A DNA stretch of 64,000 bases from an uncultured Pseudomonadota bacterium (GTDB lineage Bacteria; Pseudomonadota; Alphaproteobacteria; JACZXZ01), in the NCBI GenBank assembly GCA_963749075.1, contig CAVVLJ010000021.1, positions 192,001-256,000 on the forward strand. The letters are read 5' to 3'. This document shows, piece by piece, positions 20,794 through 29,568 of the stretch. Each line of letters begins with the position of its first letter. Positions within the stretch are counted from its first letter, which is position 1. The position numbers and the translations under genes are program-made. Below the pieces are notes generated by a model that was given only the letters and a program-made list of their open reading frames with translations, did no database searches and was not told the DNA's origin.

Positions 20794-21582
20794 ATGTCGA
20801 CAAACGGCCTCCGTTCCCTCATCGGCCTGCCGGCCTGCGTGCGGGAGGTCAACGGCTTCCCCTTTCACGCCTGCGGCGAGAAATATCTCAACGCGGTCGT
20901 GCTGGGCGCGGAAGGCATGCCGATCATCATCCCGGCGCTCGGCGACGACCACGACCTGCCGGCACTCGTCGCCAGCCTCGACGGCCTCATGCTCACGGGC
21001 AGCCCCTCGAACGTCGAGCCGCATCATTACGACGGCCCCGAGAGCGTGCCCGGCACCAAGCACGATCCCTCGCGCGACGCCACCACGCTCCCCCTCATCC
21101 GCGAGGCGCTGCGCGCCGGCCTCCCTCTCCTCGCCATCTGCCGCGGCATCCAGGAGCTCAATGTGGCGCTCGGCGGCAGCCTCCATCAGCGGGTGCAGGA
21201 ACTGCCCGGCAAGATGGACCACCGCATGCCGCAGGGCGAGCCCCGCGAGGTGCAATACGCCCCGCGCCACGCGGTGAAGCTGACGCCCGGCGGCATGCTC
21301 GCGCGCTTGACCGGGCAGCAGGAGCTCATTGTCAACTCGCTCCACGCCCAGGCCATCGACCAACCGGCGCCGCGGCTCATGGTCGAGGCCGTCTCGAGCG
21401 ACGGCATCGTCGAGGCCGTCAGCGTCAAGGACGCGGCGAATTTCGCGCTCGGCGTGCAATGGCACCCCGAATGGAAGCTCTTGGAGAACCCGGTCTCGCG
21501 CGCCCTCTTCCGCGCCTTCGGAGACGCGGCGCGCGCGCGCGCCGAGGCCCGCGCGCGAGGCCGGATCGGCATCGCCGCATAG
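20794..21582 (+). CDS. puuD: Gamma-glutamyl-gamma-aminobutyrate hydrolase family (peptidase C26, PuuD-like)
   Basis: LTGSPSNV, AICRGIQE (Cys nucleophile), NSLHAQ, GVQWHPE. Confidence 0.88.
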   Translation: MSTNGLRSLIGLPACVREVNGFPFHACGEKYLNAVVLGAEGMPIIIPALGDDHDLPALVASLDGLMLTGSPSNVEPHHYDGPESVPGTKHDPSRDATTLPLIREALRAGLPLLAICRGIQELNVALGGSLHQRVQELPGKMDHRMPQGEPREVQYAPRHAVKLTPGGMLARLTGQQELIVNSLHAQAIDQPAPRLMVEAVSSDGIVEAVSVKDAANFALGVQWHPEWKLLENPVSRALFRAFGDAARARAEARARGRIGIAA

Positions 21583-21889
21583 CTCCGGCGTTCACTTTTT
21601 CGTGACGCGGCGCCCTCCGAGCTGAAGGATTTCCGCAACCGAGCCGCGTGCCAGGCGGCGTCTCAAGCACCTCTTTCCCAGGCGTGCCGCGGGTTGCGCG
21701 GTGGTGCGGGCGCTCGCTCGCGTTCATGGCCGCGCTGAGAGACCTGCGGGCCGGGAAGACCCGTGCCACCTGCGGCGCATGCCGCGGCGCACAGGGAGGC
21801 CCAATTCGTATCCGTCGTTAGTGCGTAGGGTTGGGCGTGGGACCGCGTCGGCGCTCCGCCATGACGGTCCGCCGCGGCCATTGGCGCGC

Positions 21890-23587
21890 ATGAGCGACGA
21901 GCAGGAGCCTAAGAGAGCGGGCGTAGCCGCGAAGCCCGGTGCCTCGCCCGCGGGCGACGCGCGGGCGCTCCTTGCGCGCGCGCGGGAGTGCCACCGCGCC
22001 GGCCGCATCGCCGCCGCCGAAGAGCTCTATCGCGAGGTCCTCGCCGGCTGGCCCGAGACGGCGCAGGCGCATCGCCTCCTCGGCATTCTCTATGCCGAGA
22101 GCGGGCGCGGCGAGGCGGCCATCGACGAGCTCGCCGCGGCAGCGCGTCTCGCTCCCGGCAATGCACTCTTCCTCAATGATCTGGGCAGCGCCTATCTGGC
22201 CGCGAACCGTCCCGCGGAGGCCGCCCAGGCCTATCGCCGGGCGCTCGAGCTCGGCCCCGATCTCCCCGCTACGCACTTCGGCCTGGGCAATCTTTTCCGC
22301 CGTCAAGGCAGGCTCGACGAGGCCATCGCCGCCTACCGCCGAGCGACCGCCATCGACCCGGGGCTCGTGCACGTCCACATCAACCTCGGCGTCACGTTGC
22401 AAGAGGCGTCGGCGTTCGACGAGGCGGTCGCGGCGTTGCGCCGGGCGGTGGCGCTCGACAGCCGGTCCTTCGCCGCCCAGTTCAATCTCGGCCTCGTGCT
22501 CGCGACCCAGCGCCGGCCGCAGGAGGCGGTCGCGGCCTACCGCGCGGCCGTCGCGATCGACCCGCAGTCGGCGGCGGCACACCTCAATCTCGGCACGGCG
22601 CTCGAGGAAGCGGACAACCTCGTCGAGGCGAAGCTGTGCTTCGCGCGCGCCGCCGCACTCGATCCGGCTCTCGCCCAGGCGCACGTCAATCTCGGCGCCG
22701 TCCTCTACGAGGAGGGCGAATTCGCAGCAGCACTCGCCGCCATCAGGCGCGGCCTCGCGATCGAGCCCGGCAAGGCGCTCACTTACGTCAACCTGGCGCA
22801 GACGCTCCAGGTCCTGGGCGAGCCGGCCGCGGCCGATGCCGCCTTCCGCCGCGCGCTCGCACTCGATCCGGCGCTCACCACCGCCAAGGCCCATTGGTCG
22901 ATCGCCTTGCAGCAGGCCGGCAACTGGGAGGAGGCGCAGGCGCTTCTCGACTATCCCCATCTTCTGCGCACGCGGCGGCTCGGCGAGGTCGCGGGCTGGG
23001 CCACGGTCGCCGCCTTCAACGCCGAGCTCGCGCGCCACGTCTATGGGCACCCGACGCTCATGCGCGACCCGCCGGCCAAGGCGACCCAGAACGGCAGCCA
23101 GACCATGGAGATCCTCAATTCCGCAGCACCCCCCATCGCGGCGCTGCAGCGCTTCATCGAGGACTCGGTGCGCGGCTATTTCGCGACGGCGCTGGCGGCC
23201 GGCCGCAGCCCGCTCGTGCCGTCGCCGCCACGGGCCTGGCATCTCCACGGCTGGGCGGTGGTGCTGCGCGCGAGCGGCTACCAGACGCCGCATTTTCATC
23301 CGGAGGCGGTGGTGAGCGGCGTCTATTACGTGCAGATCCCTGAGGTGGTGAAGGCCGGCGTGGCCGGAGAGGGCGGCTTCATCAAGTTCGGCCCGCCGGC
23401 CGACGGCACGCCCGGGGCCGCGGCCGCGGAGACGCCGCTCAGCGTGTCCATCCGCCCCGAGGAAGGCATGATCGTCCTTTTCCCCTCCTATTTCTGGCAC
23501 CACACCGTCCCCTTCGAGGGCGAGGAGGAGCGCATCTGCATCGCCTTCGACGTGGTGCCCGACACCGGCCCCGCCCGCCTTGCGTGA
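21890..23587 (+). CDS. TPR-repeat protein with C-terminal putative 2OG-Fe(II) oxygenase domain (TIGR02466-like)
   Basis: About 9 NLG-type TPR units, then PHFHP...SGVYY, LFPSYFWHHTVP, RICIAFD; start approximate. Confidence 0.82.
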   Translation: MSDEQEPKRAGVAAKPGASPAGDARALLARARECHRAGRIAAAEELYREVLAGWPETAQAHRLLGILYAESGRGEAAIDELAAAARLAPGNALFLNDLGSAYLAANRPAEAAQAYRRALELGPDLPATHFGLGNLFRRQGRLDEAIAAYRRATAIDPGLVHVHINLGVTLQEASAFDEAVAALRRAVALDSRSFAAQFNLGLVLATQRRPQEAVAAYRAAVAIDPQSAAAHLNLGTALEEADNLVEAKLCFARAAALDPALAQAHVNLGAVLYEEGEFAAALAAIRRGLAIEPGKALTYVNLAQTLQVLGEPAAADAAFRRALALDPALTTAKAHWSIALQQAGNWEEAQALLDYPHLLRTRRLGEVAGWATVAAFNAELARHVYGHPTLMRDPPAKATQNGSQTMEILNSAAPPIAALQRFIEDSVRGYFATALAAGRSPLVPSPPRAWHLHGWAVVLRASGYQTPHFHPEAVVSGVYYVQIPEVVKAGVAGEGGFIKFGPPADGTPGAAAAETPLSVSIRPEEGMIVLFPSYFWHHTVPFEGEEERICIAFDVVPDTGPARLA

Positions 23588-23652
23588 ACGGCATGGCAGC
23601 CGGTCGCGCCTGGAATGGGAATTTGCCGTCCGGAGGCCTATCTCTTAATCGA

Positions 23653-23758
23653 GCGGTCGGCCCACAGGGCCGGTCGCCCGAGGGCAACTCCCCTGGTGCC
23701 CTCGGGCTCTTTGAGCTCTGAACGCCCGGTCATGCCCCCCTAGACCGGGCGTTCGCTC
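23653..23758 (+). ncRNA. Candidate three-hairpin sRNA with C-rich loops
   Basis: Consecutive stems 23653-23677, 23678-23705 (loop ACUCCCCUGG) and 23720-23754 (loop AUGCCCCCCUA); G-U pairs favour the + strand. Confidence 0.55.
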
Positions 23759-23866
23759 GTCTGGAGCCCTGCGGGCGGCCGCAGCGCTTGTCAAGGTGCC
23801 AGGCGCCGCATAGCGTGCCGCCAAGCGAGAGACGGGCCGGAGCCGCCGGCCGGGCCGAGGTGCTCC

Positions 23867-24895
23867 ATGGCGTTCACGGTGAGGATCCGCCAGCACGAGC
23901 GTGCGCTTGCCGTGGCCGCAGGCGAGACCATCCTCGCCGCGGCGCTCAAGGCCGACGTGCCCTACCCCCACGGCTGCCAGGCGGGCAATTGCGGCACCTG
24001 CAAATCGCGCCTCTATGCCGGCGAGGTCGCCATGGCGCCCTATTCCAGCTATGCATTGAGCGCCGCCGAGCGCTCGGCCGGGCTCATCCTCGCCTGCCGC
24101 GCGGTGCCGCGCTCCGACGCCGAGGTCGGCTGGCTCGACAGCGACGGGAGCATCGCCCATCCGGTGCGCCGGCTCGCCTGCCGCGTCGTGACGCTCGAGG
24201 ACGCGACCCATGACATCCGGCGCGTGCGCCTTGCGGTCGAGGCGGGCGGCCCCTTCCGCTTCTCCGCCGGGCAATATGCGCGCGCGAGCTTCGGGGTCGA
24301 GGCGCCGCGCGATTATTCCATGGCCAATACGCCGGCCGAGCCCGTCATCGAGTTCCACATCCGCGCGCTCTCCGACGGCCGCTCGTCGCGCTACGCGGCG
24401 GAGCGGCTCGCGCTCGGCGAGGCCGTGGAGGTCGAAGGGCCGTTCGGCACCGCTTATTGGCGCGCGCGCCATCCGGGGCCGCTCCTGGCGATCGCCGGCG
24501 GCTCCGGCTTGGCACCCATCAAGTCGATCGTGGAGACCGCCCTCGCCCACGGCATGTGCCAGCCGATCGAGCTTTATTTCGGCGCGCGCGGCGAGCGCGA
24601 CCTCTACCTCGAGGACCGCTTCGCGGCCCTCGCGCGCCGCCATGCGAACTTGAGCTTCATCCCGGTGCTGAGCGCGCCCGAGCGGCCGAGCGCACGGCGC
24701 CGCGGCCTCGTCCACGAGGAGGCCGCCGCCGCGCGCGCGAGCTACGAGGGCTGGAAGGCCTATCTTGCGGGCCCGCTGGCGATGGTCGAGGCGGCGACGG
24801 CTACTCTGCGCGCGCGCGGCATGCGCACCGAGGACATCCACGCCGACGCCTTCTATACTGAGGCGGAGAAGGCCGGACTGGCGGCACCCCGGTGA
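23867..24895 (+). CDS. 2Fe-2S ferredoxin / FAD-NAD(P) oxidoreductase (oxygenase-reductase / AscD-like)
   Basis: CQAGNCGTC...LAC plant-type cluster, RDYSMAN, IAGGSGLAP, YLAGP. Confidence 0.9.
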   Translation: MAFTVRIRQHERALAVAAGETILAAALKADVPYPHGCQAGNCGTCKSRLYAGEVAMAPYSSYALSAAERSAGLILACRAVPRSDAEVGWLDSDGSIAHPVRRLACRVVTLEDATHDIRRVRLAVEAGGPFRFSAGQYARASFGVEAPRDYSMANTPAEPVIEFHIRALSDGRSSRYAAERLALGEAVEVEGPFGTAYWRARHPGPLLAIAGGSGLAPIKSIVETALAHGMCQPIELYFGARGERDLYLEDRFAALARRHANLSFIPVLSAPERPSARRRGLVHEEAAAARASYEGWKAYLAGPLAMVEAATATLRARGMRTEDIHADAFYTEAEKAGLAAPR

Positions 24896-24959
24896 GCGTG
24901 CCGCCGCGCGCGATTTAGCACCACCCTCCCCTGCCGCCACCAGGATCGCCTCGCCCCCC

Positions 24960-25751
24960 ATGCGCATCGTCAGCTGGAACATCAACTCGGTCCGTATCCG
25001 CATCGGCCTCGTCGAGCGCCTCATCGCCGAGGCTGCTCCGGACGTGCTCTGCCTCCAGGAGACCAAGGTCCAGGACCCGCAGTTCCCCGTCGAGCCCTTC
25101 GAGCGGCTCGGCTACAAGCACCGCCTCGTGCACGGCATGAAGTCCTACAACGGCGTCGCCATCCTCTCGCGCGTGCCGCTCAAGGAGGCCGGTATCAAGG
25201 GCTGGTGCGGCAAGGAGGACTGCCGCCACGCCTTCGCCACGCTCGCGGGCGGCGTCGAGCTGCACAACTATTACATCCCCGCGGGAGGCGACGTGCCCGA
25301 TCCCGAGGCCAACCCGAAGTTCGCCCACAAGCTCCGCTTCCTGGCCGAGCTCGTCGCGTGGTGGCAGGCGCGGCGCAAGCCGCGGCGCAAGGCGGTCATC
25401 GTGGGCGACCTCAACATCGCCCCGCTCGAGAGCGACGTGTGGTCGCACAAGGCGCTCCTCGACGTGGTCAGCCACACGCCGCTCGAGGTCGAGTGGCTCG
25501 CCAAGCTGCAGGCGGCGCACGGCTTCGTCGACGCCGTGCGCCGCTTCGTCCCCGCCGAGGAGAAGCTCTACAGCTGGTGGAGCTACCGCGCCGCCGACTG
25601 GCGCGCCGCCGACCGCGGCCGCCGCCTCGACCATATCTGGGTGACGCCGGCGCTCGGCGACCGGCTCGAGGGCGCCGCCGTCCTCAAGGACGCGCGCGGC
25701 TGGGAGCTGCCCTCCGACCACGCCCCGGTGGTGGCCGATATCGGAATATAG
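24960..25751 (+). CDS. xth: Exodeoxyribonuclease III
   Basis: SWNINSVR, LCLQETK, YNGVAILSR, GDLNIAP, SDHAPV. Confidence 0.95.
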   Translation: MRIVSWNINSVRIRIGLVERLIAEAAPDVLCLQETKVQDPQFPVEPFERLGYKHRLVHGMKSYNGVAILSRVPLKEAGIKGWCGKEDCRHAFATLAGGVELHNYYIPAGGDVPDPEANPKFAHKLRFLAELVAWWQARRKPRRKAVIVGDLNIAPLESDVWSHKALLDVVSHTPLEVEWLAKLQAAHGFVDAVRRFVPAEEKLYSWWSYRAADWRAADRGRRLDHIWVTPALGDRLEGAAVLKDARGWELPSDHAPVVADIGI

Positions 25752-25760
25752 GCCGCTCCC

Positions 25761-26249
25761 TCACGCCGCGCGGTACATGTAATAGCGCCCGGGCTCGAGG
25801 CCGTCGGGGAGCTCGAGCTCCCGCCACGCCGGCTGCGGCATGGGCTGGTCGCCGAGCACGATGCCGCCCTCGGCCATGAGGGGTGCCAAGAGCGGCGCGA
25901 TCGCGGCGGCGAGGGCGAGGCTCGCCTCGCGGCTGTGCGAGCCGATGTCGCAGTGCGCGAGCGCTGCCTTGCCGCCGATGCGCGGCAAGGCTGCCGGCAG
26001 CGTCGCGCGGAAATCGCCTTGGACGAAGTGCGCCTCATCGGGGCGCGAGCTCGGGTGCGCCGCAAGCTCGCGGTCGAAGACGAAGATCTCGCGGGTTCCA
26101 AAGCGCTCGCGCAGATGGTCGTAGGTGCGCCCGTTGCCGAGCCCGAGCTCGAGGATCGGGCCTGGGACGCCGGCGATGAGCGCGGCCGCGTGGTCGATCG
26201 TGGCGCGCTGCGCCTCGAGGCGCCGGATGAAGCTGTCGAGCCGGCTCAC
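25761..26249 (-). CDS. Small SAM-dependent methyltransferase (Methyltransf_17-like)
   Basis: SRLDSFIRRL N-terminus, ILELGLGNGRTYDHLRE; GTG start overlaps upstream stop. Confidence 0.82.
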   Translation of the reverse strand: MSRLDSFIRRLEAQRATIDHAAALIAGVPGPILELGLGNGRTYDHLRERFGTREIFVFDRELAAHPSSRPDEAHFVQGDFRATLPAALPRIGGKAALAHCDIGSHSREASLALAAAIAPLLAPLMAEGGIVLGDQPMPQPAWRELELPDGLEPGRYYMYRAA

Positions 26250-26704
26250 GGATGTCCCGCGTGGCTCACCGCTTCGCGCAGCTGGTGCGTCGTGCGCTCG
26301 AGGCGGTCGGCGAGCACGCGCATGATCTCGATGCCCATCTGGGGGAACTCGGTGATCAGGCGGAAGAAGAGCTCCTTCGAGATGCGCAGCGTCACCAGCT
26401 CGCTCTTGGCCTTGACGGTCGCGGTGCGCGGCACGTCGCAGAGGATGGCGATCTCGCCGACGATCGCGTTGCGCGCGAGGACCGCCACCACGAGCGGCCC
26501 CTCGGGGCTCTCGACGATCACCTCGGCCTCGCCGCTCAAGATGATGTAGGCCGAATTGCCGGGGTCGCCCTGGTGGAAGATGACCTGGTCGGCGGGATAG
26601 GTGAGGCGCTCCGAGGCGAAGGCGAGCAGCTTCAGCTTCGAGGCCTCGATCTTGCCGAAGAGGGGGATGTTGCGCAGAATCTCGACTTCTTCCTTGAGAC
26701 TCAT
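26246..26704 (-). CDS. Stand-alone cyclic-nucleotide-binding domain protein
   Basis: IFHQGDPG, phosphate-binding cassette GEIAILCDVPRTATV; no HTH; GGAGG RBS. Confidence 0.9.
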   Translation of the reverse strand: MSLKEEVEILRNIPLFGKIEASKLKLLAFASERLTYPADQVIFHQGDPGNSAYIILSGEAEVIVESPEGPLVVAVLARNAIVGEIAILCDVPRTATVKAKSELVTLRISKELFFRLITEFPQMGIEIMRVLADRLERTTHQLREAVSHAGHP

Positions 26705-26722
26705 CTTATCCTCCCGCTCGCC

Positions 26723-29389
26723 TTACTCGGCCGTGACCAATTCGTGGAATGCCGTGCCCTTGCGGTCGAGCTCGGCGACGCTGCCGTCCTCGACCAGCCT
26801 GCCGGCGCGCATGACGAGCACGCGGTCGAAGCCGCGCGCCAAAGTGGCGCGGTTGAGCACGGCGATGAGACCGCGGCCCTTGAACTCGGCGCGCAGCCGC
26901 TCAAGCACGCGGACCTGCGCCGCGCTGTCGAGTGCGGCGAGCGCGTCGTTGAGCACGAGGAGGTCCGGCCGCTTGAGCACGGCGCGGGCGATCGCCAGCT
27001 TCTGGCGCTGGCCGCCCGAGAGCCGGCCGCCGGCGCTCCCGATGTTGAAGCCGAGGCCGGCCTCCATCACGGCATTGCGCAAGCCGAGCTGCTCGAGGAC
27101 CTCCTGGATGAGGGCCCCCACGCGCTGGGCGCCCTGGGGCTGGCCATAGGCGAGCTTGCCGAACAGCACGTTGTCCTGCAGCGTGGCGGCGGCGTTGTAG
27201 CGCTCGAAGTCGAAGAACTCGACGGCGCCCTTGAGCGCCGGCGGCAGGCCGTCCCTGAAGACCCCGCGCGCCTTGAGGATGCGCTCCTTGAAGGCGTCGT
27301 CGACCAGGTCGAGGCGATGGCGGGCCGGGATGAGCTTGAAGGGCAGGTTCAAGAGGCGCTTCTTGTCGTCGTCTCTGATCTGGCCGAGCGGCGCGCTGCC
27401 GACGCGGCTCAGGAGGGCCTGGTACTCGGGCAGCTCGTCGGCGCTGATGAAGGAGTACTGCTCGAAGAGCTCGCTGCCCGGCGGCAGATCGGCGAAGAGC
27501 TCGACCATCGTCGATGCCGCCTCGCGGCCCATGGCGAGGATGGTCTCGGTGAGGCCGGCCTTGTCGAGGACGGCGAGCACATAGGCGTTCTCCGCCAGGC
27601 GGTCCATGTCGAAGCCGCTGTCGAGCGGCGTGCCGAAGAGGAGGTTCTCCGCGACGCTCGCGTTGTCGTTGTAGCGCTCGCGGTCGAAGAGCTCGACGAG
27701 CTTGGCGAAGCCCGGCTCGGCCAGGCGCGCGCGCATGGCATGGCGCGCCTCGACGATGCTCTTGGCCAGATCGGGCTTCTTCGCGGGATCGATGACGCTG
27801 CGCATGCCCACGTGGTAGACGTTATCCTCCATCTCGGTGATGCCGAGGGTGGCAAGCGCCCTGGCCCTGAGCTCCTCCGCCGTGCCGGCGCCGGCGGCGG
27901 CCGCGTCGATCCAGTCCGCCTGGATGTCGAGCGGCAAGTTGCCGGTGCGCTCGGCCTCCAGCATGATCGCCGCGCGTTCGGGCGAGGCCGCCCCGTTCGA
28001 TACCGGCCTGTGCTTGAGCGCGTAATAGAGATTGTCGTTGACGGTGCCCGAGAAGAGATAGCTGTGCTGGGCGACGAAGCCGATGCGCCGGCCGGTGACC
28101 GCCTCGGGCAGGTCGGCGAGGTTCTTCTCCCCGATGGTGATCTTGCCCGAGCTCGGCGCGAGGAGATGCGCGATCAAGAGGCCGAGCTCCTCCTTGCCGC
28201 TGGCGCCCGCGCCGATGACCGCGAGGTGGCTCTCGAGCGGGAAGCGCGCCGAGACGCCGTCCACGAGCTTGAGCCGGCCGTCCTCGCTGAGGCCGACGTT
28301 CGCCAACTGGACGTCGCCTTTGAGCGGCTCGATCTTCTCGGGCTCGGCGAGCTGCATCGCCTCGTCGAGCGTGCCGGGCGGGGCGAACTGCTGCACCACC
28401 TGCTCGTACATGATGCGCGCGTTGTCCTTGCTCTGGTAGAAGGTGAGCAGCTCGCCCCACGGCGACGCCAAATCCTTCTGCGCGCCGATGACCGCGACGA
28501 GCGCTCCGATATCGAGCCGCCCCTCGAGGACGAGATAGCCGCCGATCGTGAAGAAGAAGAACGGCGTCACTTTGTCGCACGTGTTGTTGATGTATTTGAC
28601 GAGGAATTTGAGGATGAAGATCCTGAGGCGGACGCGGTATTGCGTATAGAGCCGGCTGGAGAAATCGGCGCGCTCGAAGCGCGAGGTGTCGTTGGCGCGG
28701 ATCTCGAGGGCACCCCCCACCGCCTCGCCCAGGCGGTCGGAGAGCCCGCGCTGCGTGCGGATGCGCTGCTTGTTGTACTCGTTGATGCGCTGCTGCATCT
28801 TCGGGATGAGAAAGCCCTGCGCGGGGTAGAGCGCCACCGCCGCCAGGCCGAGCCAGAAATTCTGCACCAGGATGAAGATGAGCGGCACCAGGAGGAGGCC
28901 GCCCTGGAAGATCGGCGTCGCCACCGCATCGCCCACGAATTCGCCCAGCGTGAGGGTCTCGGCGATGATCATCGCGATGATCTCGCCCACGGAGATCTTC
29001 TTGAAGTGGGGCAGCGGGAAGCAGAGGATGCGGCTATAGAGCTGGTAGCGCATGCGGCGCAGCATGCGCTCGCCGAGGCGCCCCTTGTAGACGTTGATGA
29101 AATATTTGAAGCCGCCGTTGACGACGGTGAGCACCAGAAAGACGCAGGACAGCAGCATCAGCCACTCGACCGCGCCGAATTTCGTGCCGAAGAGGTGGTT
29201 CGACTTCACCGCCTCGAGCCCGCCGCCGCGGAAGGCCTGGTTGGCGGAGTCCTTGATGTGATTGACGATCAGCTTGGGCAGATCATATGAATAATAGAGA
29301 AACGGAAAGGACGCTGCCGTGACGACGAGTAAGATGATTTGCTCCTTGAGACTGTACTTCAGGATGAAGCGATAAATAGTCTTTTCCAC
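26723..29389 (-). CDS. ABC exporter (TMD + NBD) with large NBD insertion and degenerate ATPase motifs
   Basis: N-terminal type-IV TMD; GASGKE Walker A-like, LSGGQRQ signature, LLVLND Walker B-like; 888 aa. Confidence 0.88.
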   Translation of the reverse strand: MEKTIYRFILKYSLKEQIILLVVTAASFPFLYYSYDLPKLIVNHIKDSANQAFRGGGLEAVKSNHLFGTKFGAVEWLMLLSCVFLVLTVVNGGFKYFINVYKGRLGERMLRRMRYQLYSRILCFPLPHFKKISVGEIIAMIIAETLTLGEFVGDAVATPIFQGGLLLVPLIFILVQNFWLGLAAVALYPAQGFLIPKMQQRINEYNKQRIRTQRGLSDRLGEAVGGALEIRANDTSRFERADFSSRLYTQYRVRLRIFILKFLVKYINNTCDKVTPFFFFTIGGYLVLEGRLDIGALVAVIGAQKDLASPWGELLTFYQSKDNARIMYEQVVQQFAPPGTLDEAMQLAEPEKIEPLKGDVQLANVGLSEDGRLKLVDGVSARFPLESHLAVIGAGASGKEELGLLIAHLLAPSSGKITIGEKNLADLPEAVTGRRIGFVAQHSYLFSGTVNDNLYYALKHRPVSNGAASPERAAIMLEAERTGNLPLDIQADWIDAAAAGAGTAEELRARALATLGITEMEDNVYHVGMRSVIDPAKKPDLAKSIVEARHAMRARLAEPGFAKLVELFDRERYNDNASVAENLLFGTPLDSGFDMDRLAENAYVLAVLDKAGLTETILAMGREAASTMVELFADLPPGSELFEQYSFISADELPEYQALLSRVGSAPLGQIRDDDKKRLLNLPFKLIPARHRLDLVDDAFKERILKARGVFRDGLPPALKGAVEFFDFERYNAAATLQDNVLFGKLAYGQPQGAQRVGALIQEVLEQLGLRNAVMEAGLGFNIGSAGGRLSGGQRQKLAIARAVLKRPDLLVLNDALAALDSAAQVRVLERLRAEFKGRGLIAVLNRATLARGFDRVLVMRAGRLVEDGSVAELDRKGTAFHELVTAE

Positions 29390-29568
29390 GGCCCTTTTTC
29401 CCTATTTTTCGTAGCGGGCAGGGAACCCTCGCGCCCCGCCCGAGCTTACCCCAGCCGCTCGGGGCCGTAAATGCCGCCCGGCTGGAGGTCGCGCAGCCCG
29501 GCAAGACTGGCTTTGACCTCGGCACCCGCGATAGGCTATGGGAGGCGGGGCACCGAAAGGAGGATGCA

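Noticed and set aside
21583-21889. Possible cobalamin or glycine riboswitch (GGGAAG, GCCAC, GAGAGACCTGC fragments)
   Set aside because: Motifs are in the wrong order, the conserved core is absent, and the downstream gene is unrelated
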